From contig CAVTHK010000008.1 of assembly GCA_963734495.1 (NCBI GenBank), forward strand, positions 25,808 to 89,807: a DNA stretch of 64,000 nt, read 5' to 3'. This DNA comes from an uncultured Spirochaetota bacterium (GTDB lineage: Bacteria > Spirochaetota > Spirochaetia > SZUA-6 > CAVTHK01). This document shows positions 51,547-58,745 of the stretch, piece by piece. The stretch's first letter is position 1. The number at the start of each line of letters is the position of its first letter. The translations under genes were made by a program, and so were the position numbers. A model generated the notes under the pieces. The model was given only the letters and a program-made list of their open reading frames with translations. It searched no databases and was not told the DNA's origin.

Positions 51547-52456
51547 CAGCCTGCTGACGACACGAAGGCGCGGAAGGGTCTGGCGCGGCTACCTCCTGTC
51601 CTATGCGATGATTGCGCCGGCGATCGCTTTTCTGCTGGTATTCGTCGTCTACCCGATGTTCCACATCATCGAGTTGAGCCTGTACAAGGGAAACGCGACC
51701 AATCCGTACAAGGAATTCGTGGGGCTCGCGAATTACGAGAGCATCTTCTTCGTCAAGATCGATTTCCTCGAAGCGCTCAAGAACACGGCCGTGTACACGG
51801 GCTTTATCGTCGTCATCCTGATCTTCATGGCGCTGCTCTTCGCGCTATGGATGTTCGAAGACCGGAAGATCAACAAGGTCGCGCAAACCGCCTTCTTCAC
51901 GCCGCACCTTGTGGCTTCGGTCTCCTGCGCCTTTATCTGGAGCTGGCTGTTCAACTCGGACACGTACGGCCTTTTCAACTCGATCCTGAAAGCGTTCGGT
52001 CAGGCGCCGGTCAACTGGCTCGGAAGCACCCGGACCGCGATGGCCTCTATCATCACGATGAACGTGTGGAAAGGCATCGGCTATTACGCGCTCATCATCC
52101 TCTCGGCGCTCAAGGCGATCCCGCCGGAAATCTACGAGGCGGCGCGGCTCGACGACGCGTCCAGGCTCAAGACATTCTGGAAGATCACCCTGCCGATGCT
52201 GTCCCCGCAGCTCTTCTTTCTGCTGGTCACGATCACGATCGGCTCCTTTAAGGTCTTTGACTCCGTCCGCCTGATGACGGGCGGCGGCCCGGGCACGTCA
52301 ACGCAGGTGATCTCCCTGTACATCTACAATTATGCGTTCCAGCGCAACAACACGCTCGGCGTCGGTTCCGCCGCCGGCGTCGTGCTTATGATCATCCTGA
52401 TCGTGGTGACGCTGATCGACTTTAAGGGGCTGGAAAAGCGGGTGCACTATCAATGA
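51530..52456 (+). CDS. ABC permease, UgpA-like
   Basis: FVGLANY; IYEAARLDDA; MTGGGP; EKRVHYQ. Confidence 0.9.
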   Translation: MMPEADSLLTTRRRGRVWRGYLLSYAMIAPAIAFLLVFVVYPMFHIIELSLYKGNATNPYKEFVGLANYESIFFVKIDFLEALKNTAVYTGFIVVILIFMALLFALWMFEDRKINKVAQTAFFTPHLVASVSCAFIWSWLFNSDTYGLFNSILKAFGQAPVNWLGSTRTAMASIITMNVWKGIGYYALIILSALKAIPPEIYEAARLDDASRLKTFWKITLPMLSPQLFFLLVTITIGSFKVFDSVRLMTGGGPGTSTQVISLYIYNYAFQRNNTLGVGSAAGVVLMIILIVVTLIDFKGLEKRVHYQ

Positions 52457-53344
52457 GGCGGAGGCAGCGTACAACCATGGTGCTTAAGGCCATCGAGGAA
52501 AGCCAGCTCAAGCGGAAGTTCCTCAATTACATCCCGAAACTGCCGAGTGACCTGATCAAGATCGCGGCCCTGCTGGCATTCTCCTTTCCGTTCTACTGGA
52601 TGCTGATCACGGCTTTCAAGACCTATATCGAATCGATCGCCACGCCGCCGACGCTCTGGCCCACGGACTTCACGTTTGAGAGCTTCAAGACGATCAGCCA
52701 ACTGGGCGTCGGTCTGTGGCGCTACGCGTTGAACTCCGTCATCATCACGGCATCGGTCGTCGTGATCCAGATCATCGTCATGGTCCCTGCGGCCTACGCA
52801 TTCGCCAAGCGCAGGTTCCCGCTCATGGGTCCTCTCTTCGGCGTCGTGCTTGTCGCGTTCATGATCCCCGAGCAGATCACCTACATCTCGAGTATTCCTC
52901 TTGATGTCGAAGCTCAAGGTGATCAACACCCTCTGGCCGCAGATCATTCCCTTTGGCGCCAACGCGTTCGGCATCTTCATGCTCCGCCAGGGCTTCAAGC
53001 AGGTCCCCGACGAGATCGTGGAGTCCGCCAAGCTGGACAGCGCCACCGAGCTGCAGGTCATGACCCGGATCATGCTCCCGATGAGCAAATCGTACATGAT
53101 CACGATCGCCATGTTCTCGTTCATCGCCCACTGGAACTCCTATTTCTGGCCACTGGTCATGACGATGAACGACTCGGTGCGCCCGCTGACCATGGCGATC
53201 GAAAGGCTCAGGGACGCGGAGCAGGGAGTACTCTGGAACCATGTCATGGCGTCCAACACGATCCTCGTGGCCCCGGTCATCGTGATCTTCCTGTTTGCCA
53301 GCCAGAAGATCATAGCGGCTTTCGCGTACAAAGGCGTGAAGTAG
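52453..53344 (+). CDS. ABC permease, UgpE-like, frameshift near 52890
   Basis: FPFYWML...PPTLWP; after shift AFGIFMLRQGF..VP.EIVESAKLD; HWNSYFWPL. Confidence 0.87.
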
Positions 53345-53935
53345 GCAGCGGCATTCGAGCGCCTGGGCAGTGACCCCGCTGTAACGCGGCCGAGCAGACT
53401 CGCGGCAGTGCCGCGGGTCGAGTTCCGCCGATGGTCAGGCGGAGGCCGGCAGGAGTCGAGCCGGGCGTCGCCCCAGCAAGCCGCCCCCACCGACTGTTCC
53501 GACCACGAGGGCCTGAGACGCGGCGAATAACGAAAACGGCTCCTCCTCTCCCCGTATTGTCTCGGTTCCTGAGACAACGTCCGTGGAAGGCTTCGAACGC
53601 TGCGCGGGCGCCCGGCTTTCGGCCGTGGCGAAGCCTGGCGGGACGTCAAAGCCTGGTCACTCGCGCTACCGCTGCGTCCGATACGGCACGCCTTCCGTCC
53701 GTCAGCGAACCATTCCTCGTGTGGATCGTTTCGGAGGCCTGCATCCAGCCTGTGGCGGAACGGCTTCAGCAGGGCCGGTAGCACCAGAAACGGCCGCGCT
53801 TCTTGAGGTAGGACGGCTGCCTCATGCCAGCCGCTCCAGGACCGCTTTGATCCACGGGGTCCAATCCTTGGTCCGGGAGGCGAGTCGCACGAAATGCCGA
53901 AAAGAGGCAAACTCGGGAAGAACGGCAGTTGCCGA

Positions 53936-53978
53936 TGGGCAGCGCGGGATTCGAACCCACGGCCTTTGGCTCCGGAGG
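53936..53978 (-). repeat. tRNA-Arg(CCG) 3'-half fragment, att-like copy 1
   Basis: Reverse complement C-CTCCGGA-GCCAA-AGGCC-GTGGG-TTCGAAT-CCCGC-GCTGCCC-A; no D-arm or 5' acceptor strand upstream. Confidence 0.92.
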
Positions 53979-53996
53979 CCGTTGGCCCCTCAAGTA

Positions 53997-54290
53997 TCAA
54001 CTCGCCCTAACGAGAGGCTCGGGAAGATGCTTGACGCGAGATCGGGCTCTGTAGACATCCACAGCTTGCTGAGCGTTCAGCCAGAACTCTGGCGACGTGT
54101 TCAAGGCGCGCCCGATCCTGATCGCCATCTCCGCACTGATCGACGTCCGGTTGTTGACGATGCGGTTCACCACCTTGACATCACAGCCGAGGTGGTCGGC
54201 GAGTTGCTTCTGCGTAAGGTTGAGCGGCTTGAGGAATTCCTCCGAGAGGATTTCGCCCGGACTGGTCGGTTCTCGCTCGATCGCAAACAT
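53997..54290 (-). CDS. higA: HigA-family antitoxin (XRE HTH)
   Basis: PTSPGEILSEEFLKPLNLTQ..LA...ISAEMAIRI..ALNTSPEFWLNAQ. Confidence 0.93.
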   Translation of the reverse strand: MFAIEREPTSPGEILSEEFLKPLNLTQKQLADHLGCDVKVVNRIVNNRTSISAEMAIRIGRALNTSPEFWLNAQQAVDVYRARSRVKHLPEPLVRAS

Positions 54291-54306
54291 GTACACCTCC
54301 GTGAGG

Positions 54307-54597
54307 CTAGTGGTAGTCGATGATGGCGACTTCCGTGGGTCCAGCATCGAGCCAACGGAAGACGATCCGCCAACGTTCGTTGACTCTGACACTATGGTAT
54401 CCAGTTCGGGTTCCCCGCAGTACTTCGAGGCGGTTTCCAGGAGGGGACCGGAGATCATCCAAACGTGCTGCGTAGTGGATCATGTCCAGCTTGCGCTTGG
54501 CCACCTTCGCCACGCCCTGCCATCTGACGCGCCGCCCGACCTTGCCTGTAACGAAGAAGCTCTCCGTGTCCGCGTCTGAGAAGCTTTGAATGGCCAC
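54307..54597 (-). CDS. higB: HigB (RelE/ParE superfamily) toxin
   Basis: IQSFSD..TE; ARLDDLRSPPGNRLE.L.G.R.GYHSVRVNERWRIVFRW; IIDYH. Confidence 0.93.
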   Translation of the reverse strand: MAIQSFSDADTESFFVTGKVGRRVRWQGVAKVAKRKLDMIHYAARLDDLRSPPGNRLEVLRGTRTGYHSVRVNERWRIVFRWLDAGPTEVAIIDYH

Positions 54598-54607
54598 TTC
54601 GGAGCCA

Positions 54608-54637
54608 AATATACCTCACAGAGGTATACCCGGTCAA
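54608..54637 (-). promoter_or_regulatory. higBA promoter with palindromic operator
   Basis: TTGACC-N18-TATATT on - strand overlapping the perfect inverted repeat TATACCTC-aca-GAGGTATA (54610-54628). Confidence 0.75.
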
Positions 54638-54687
54638 GGGAAGAAAGCGCACCTCTTGGCATGAAACAGGGAGGAACGCGGCCGATT

Positions 54688-54730
54688 TGGGCAGCGCGGG
54701 ATTCGAACCCACGGCCTTTGGCTCCGGAGG
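54688..54730 (-). repeat. tRNA-Arg(CCG) 3'-half fragment, att-like copy 2
   Basis: Identical 43-mer TGGGCAGCGCGGGATTCGAACCCACGGCCTTTGGCTCCGGAGG. Confidence 0.92.
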
Positions 54731-54784
54731 GCTCATGTGTTGGGGCGCAGAGCTTCGGCTCACGGGGGCCAGAGGTCCGGCGCC

Positions 54785-55072
54785 CTATTTCCGCGTGACG
54801 AGCTCGATCGCCTTCCGAATCTTGTCCTCGTCCACAAGTCGATCCGTGCTGTACCTGTACAGAACGCTGGAGATCAGCGTCTGGTAGGACAGACCTTCCG
54901 ACGCTGCCTTTCGCTTGATCACCTCCAGCACGGTCTCGTTGAGCCTCAGGCTGACTGTTCTGGACTTGGTCGCCTTTGACAGGATCCTCTTGCGCTCATC
55001 ATCTGAGACCGGCACATACCGATCAATGGATTCCTCTATCTGGCTCTCATATCGATCGAGGTTCTTTGCCAC
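54785..55072 (-). CDS. CopG/RHH-type antitoxin (partner of BrnT-like toxin)
   Basis: KSRTVSLRL...IKRKAASEGLSYQTLISSVLYRY; overlaps the toxin 3' end; start GTG 55072 or ATG 55087. Confidence 0.82.
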   Translation of the reverse strand: MAKNLDRYESQIEESIDRYVPVSDDERKRILSKATKSRTVSLRLNETVLEVIKRKAASEGLSYQTLISSVLYRYSTDRLVDEDKIRKAIELVTRK

Positions 55073-55334
55073 CCTTCGTGCCTCCATATCGCTTGTGCAG
55101 CTTTCGGCTCGGATAGGCGGTCTTCAGAGCAATGTTTCCGTCGGCGTCCTCGACGAACGGAACACAGTAGGTGTAGCCACGCAGGGACACCACAAAGACC
55201 TTCTGGTTCTCTCGAGCCGGATTCTTCAGAATCGCCAGGACTTCTCGCTTCATGATGAGCTCCGCGACTTCCTCGAACGAAACGCCTCGGGTCTGAACCA
55301 GCCTGCAATCCTTGGCATCGTCCCAGACGATCAT
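55047..55334 (-). CDS. BrnT-like type II toxin
   Basis: WDDAK...RGVSFEEV...ILKNP.RENQKVFVV...Y.VPFVED...LKTAYPSRK; TTGACA promoter at 55368-55363. Confidence 0.82.
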   Translation of the reverse strand: MIVWDDAKDCRLVQTRGVSFEEVAELIMKREVLAILKNPARENQKVFVVSLRGYTYCVPFVEDADGNIALKTAYPSRKLHKRYGGTKGGKEPRSI

Positions 55335-55388
55335 GATTCAATGTGCTGTTTTGTATAGACTTTGTCAAACTCGCGGCGGCGGGGGATT

Positions 55389-55431
55389 TGGGCAGCGCGG
55401 GATTCGAACCCACGGCCTTTGGCTCCGGAGG
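55389..55431 (-). repeat. tRNA-Arg(CCG) 3'-half fragment, att-like copy 3
   Basis: Identical 43-mer. Confidence 0.92.
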
Positions 55432-55564
55432 GCGCGGGGGCGGCTCCAGGCGGCCTGCAGCTTGCGTGGCGGGCCGCCGGAACATAGGATGATGCGGGAT
55501 TGGCAGCAGGCTGGTGAAGCCGGCCATTACTGTGATGTTAACACCTAAATGATAGTGGTGCAAG

Positions 55565-55759
55565 ATGCTCGCTGACAACGTGAAGCGCTACCGGACCAAG
55601 AAGGGGCTGTCCCAGGATCAGCTGGCGCGGAAGGCCGGCGTCACCTACAGCACGCTGACCAAGCTCGAGTCCGGCGTGAACCAGAACCCCAAGGTGAAGA
55701 CGCTCCAGCAGATCGCCGCGGCCCTCGACGTCACGCTCAACGACCTGATGAAGGAATAG
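55565..55759 (+). CDS. XRE-family HTH regulator
   Basis: NVKRYR.KKGLSQDQLARKAGVTYSTL.KLESG...NP...TLQQIAAALDV. Confidence 0.92.
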   Translation: MLADNVKRYRTKKGLSQDQLARKAGVTYSTLTKLESGVNQNPKVKTLQQIAAALDVTLNDLMKE

Positions 55760-55798
55760 TTGGGTCGCTTCGCATCGCAGGAAACTACGGAGGTAGAA

Positions 55799-56485
55799 AT
55801 GCCGCAATACGACGCCGTAGAGAAGGACGCCTACTACAGCGCCTTTGCGCCAGCTCGCAGTCGGAAGCCGCAGCCTCCGCTACAAGAGGCTCTGCGTATC
55901 GCACTGGACACAAGGCAATTCGAGATCAGCCTATACTGGACACGATCTGCCTACTTCTGGGCTTTCGTCTCGGTGGGTCTCGCTGGCTTTTTTGCTCTTG
56001 AAAGTGAAACCAGCAATCCCGCGCCGGCCTGGATGCCGGCCGTAATCGCCCTGCTTCTGTTGGTGTTTTCCGCCGCTTGGTACGTGGTGGCTCGGGCCAG
56101 CAAGTTCTGGCAAGAGAACTGGGAGCTTCACGTTGACTACTTGGCGGACAAGGTTGGAGGACCACTCTTCCAGACGGTGGCAAATCCAGCGAACCGGTCA
56201 TGGTGGAAGCCGCTCGATGGACTGGCCGTATCAGTCTCACGTGTGAACATGATCCTTTCCTTGGCGGTGACCATCGTCTCCGACGGCTTACTGTGGTATG
56301 CAACGAACCAGTGGCTGAAACCCACCTCACCCCGCGACGCAGTCAGCGTCGCCGTCGGTGCGCTCGCTTTGCTCATTGGAGTGTTGGCCCTTTTTGTGCA
56401 CGGGGCCCGTTCACACATCGACCTCGCAAAGGACTTGAGAAAGGGGAAAGCCGCTCGGACGGATTTCGTTCGACGTCGATTATAG
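55799..56485 (+). CDS. 4-TM membrane protein with ALDTRxFEIxLYWxRxxYFW motif
   Basis: GGAGG RBS; ALDTRQFEISLYWTRSAYFW, SKFWQENWE.H, SVSRVN motifs around TM pairs. Confidence 0.75.
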   Translation: MPQYDAVEKDAYYSAFAPARSRKPQPPLQEALRIALDTRQFEISLYWTRSAYFWAFVSVGLAGFFALESETSNPAPAWMPAVIALLLLVFSAAWYVVARASKFWQENWELHVDYLADKVGGPLFQTVANPANRSWWKPLDGLAVSVSRVNMILSLAVTIVSDGLLWYATNQWLKPTSPRDAVSVAVGALALLIGVLALFVHGARSHIDLAKDLRKGKAARTDFVRRRL

Positions 56486-56617
56486 CGACCCGCCAGCGGG
56501 CGCGCCGCCGGCGGGCTGCTTCGCGCGTGCCGCACTCCCCCAACGGTACTTCGGGAACGGCCGTGCCAGTAGGGGGAATGCGGGACGGCAGGGGCCGGAG
56601 GGGGCCGGGGGGGGGCC

Positions 56618-57412
56618 GTGAATTGCGTACGGAGCCTGATCGCTTTTGTTGCAGTCAGCTACGCCGTAATGGCCGCCTTCACGGGATGCGCGACCGTTGA
56701 GGAGATAGGCTCGTCGGTGGGCAAGAGGACAGAAGCGTTCCTGGACGGGCTCAAGGCCGCGACGAAGGACAGCAGCGAGTCCCGACAGGGTTCCGACCAG
56801 GGCAGCCACCGCGATGACTGGGAAGCGCCCGAGCTCGATCTCGGCAAGGAGGCTGAGTATCTTTCCGACACCGAGCGGCGAATCGTGCTCGAATTGAACA
56901 AGGTACGCAGCGATCCGAAGCGCTATGCGGAACTCTACATCAAACCACGACTCGGCAACTTTGTCGGAAAGGACTATTCGGAGCCGGGCAACGTCACCAT
57001 CCGTACAAACGAAGGACGCGCCGCAGTCGAGGAGTGCATCCGTAGCTTGCAGTCGTTCGGTCCACGACAGGCGTTGCGTCCGACAAAGGCGCTTTCAGCT
57101 GCCGCGCGGGATCATGTACGCGACACCGGACCGAAGGGGGCGGTCGGTCATGCTGGAAGCGACCGAAGCTCTCCGGCGGTGCGCGTGCGGCGATACGACG
57201 CTTCGCTCCAGTACATCGGAGAGAACATCGATTACGGAGCCGCGGACGCGCGCGACATTGTGCTAGCGCTGCTGATAGACGACGGAGTCCCCAGCCGAGG
57301 CCATCGAATGAACATCATGAACGCCGACTACGACTTGGTCGGCGTCTCAGTCGGACCGCACAAGACCTACCGCCAGATGTGCGTTCTGGACTTCTCCAGC
57401 ACCCAGAAGTAG
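56618..57412 (+). CDS. CAP (SCP) domain lipoprotein
   Basis: FTGC lipobox-like; ELNKVRSDP; AARDH; GH.G; GENI.YG; DDGVPSRGHRMNIMN. Confidence 0.88.
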   Translation: MNCVRSLIAFVAVSYAVMAAFTGCATVEEIGSSVGKRTEAFLDGLKAATKDSSESRQGSDQGSHRDDWEAPELDLGKEAEYLSDTERRIVLELNKVRSDPKRYAELYIKPRLGNFVGKDYSEPGNVTIRTNEGRAAVEECIRSLQSFGPRQALRPTKALSAAARDHVRDTGPKGAVGHAGSDRSSPAVRVRRYDASLQYIGENIDYGAADARDIVLALLIDDGVPSRGHRMNIMNADYDLVGVSVGPHKTYRQMCVLDFSSTQK

Positions 57413-57899
57413 ACGTCGACTCGCAACGTCACGCCAAACCACTACCAAGCGGGAAATCTCCGTCGAAATCGGCCGAGGCCGACCGCAGGCGGACGCGCCC
57501 CCACGTCCTGTGGTGGCGCTCGGCTGGAGGACCGGCCAGAGGCCGCCTGGCAAGGATGCCGGGCGGCCTCTGGCCTCCGGAGGGGGGCCGGATTGGGGAT
57601 AAGACCCAGATACCAGGCTCGCAGGATTGCCGTTGTCGCCACAGCAATCGCGGGGAGATCTGGATGGTCGTCGTCCTTCTATGACGAGCGCCTCTGCAAC
57701 GCCCACCGCACCGACGAAATCCCCCGCCGCTATCAGCCTCGCAGCCCGAACGTTCTCCGAGCCCTCTTCCGCGGCCACTTCGCCGATGCACGTGCATCAG
57801 CGACTGTGTGCTCGGCGCGTCCGGCTTCACATCGCTCTTCGCGGTCGCCTTCGCCGTCACGCTGGCGGCCTGGGCGCTGCTGCGCTGGGCATCTCCGAC

Positions 57900-57964
57900 T
57901 CGTCGTGCCGTCCGATTCCTGCCCGTGTAGCGGTAGTCCGTGAAGTCGCCCCCCGTCCCGTACG
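57900..57964 (-). repeat. Orphan RHS-core remnant, degenerate copy of 59787-59850
   Basis: Encodes AYGTGGDFTDYRYTG versus AYGTGGDYTAYRYTG in the main RHS gene; nucleotide similarity visible. Confidence 0.8.
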
Positions 57965-58159
57965 CCCTTGCGGGCTCGGACCCGCTTCGGCCGCGCAGAC
58001 GCGGCCTCGCGGCCCTGCGCATCCTTCGCACAGGGAGTGGATCGCGGAGACTCGGTCACCGTACGCGATGGCCGAAGCCAGGCGGCTAACAGCAGCGCCT
58101 CCCGCGTTTGGGTGCGCCGCGTCGCGCATGCGCTGTCCATGCTGCCTTCAGCCGCTTCA

Positions 58160-58735
58160 ACCATCTTGCCAATGCTTCTCAGATGGCAGGTCGCTATACT
58201 CTCTGGATCACGATCTCTTGAGACCTTGCCATCCCGCACAAACAGGCGCATAGACCACCAGCGGGATGTGAACGCCCTCTGAGGATTCGACGCGTTGCTG
58301 GGATCCTCTATTACATATGCGATCACATCGGCGCCGGTGTCTCGGTCACGTGCACGCGCCGCCGGCTCACCGAATCTTGACACCACGTAGGACTAAGCAG
58401 ATCCCACAGTAACCCCGTCTCGAAGCGCGAATCTTTCACTCCGCACAACGATGCGCTCGACCTCGTCAGGCCCGCCCTGGATGAAGCCGACTGAACAACC
58501 AGAGTACATCATCATGTCGTACCTGAGGTTCGGATAGAGCCTGTCGGACTCGATGGCGACTCGCTCCGGTAGGCCAAGCCTTTCCACAACCACGGGCTTG
58601 GTTTGGCCGATGCTCAGGAAACGCTCCGTTCCCAAGATAACGACACGGAAGTCGCTTGGTGCAAGCACGGACCCCGCCCCATCTCCATGCGCGAGAGAGC
58701 CAAGGAGCAGCATTCAAATTCCCATTCCCACCATG
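58160..58735 (-). pseudogene. Putative exported immunity protein, interrupted by stops/frameshifts
   Basis: Immediately downstream of toxin tip; LSIGQTK..V..RLGLP and GVTVGSA*..VVSRFGEP segments; ends approximate. Confidence 0.45.
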
Positions 58736-58745
58736 GCGTATCTCC

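Noticed and set aside
53936-55431. CRISPR array or three functional tRNA genes
   Set aside because: Intervals are ~700 bp and contain whole genes; no cas genes. Each repeat lacks the 5' acceptor strand and D-arm, so none is a complete tRNA.
53936-55431. Classical integron attC cassettes
   Set aside because: Repeats are tRNA-derived, lack the RYYYAAC...GTTRRRY palindromic attC structure, and no intI is visible.
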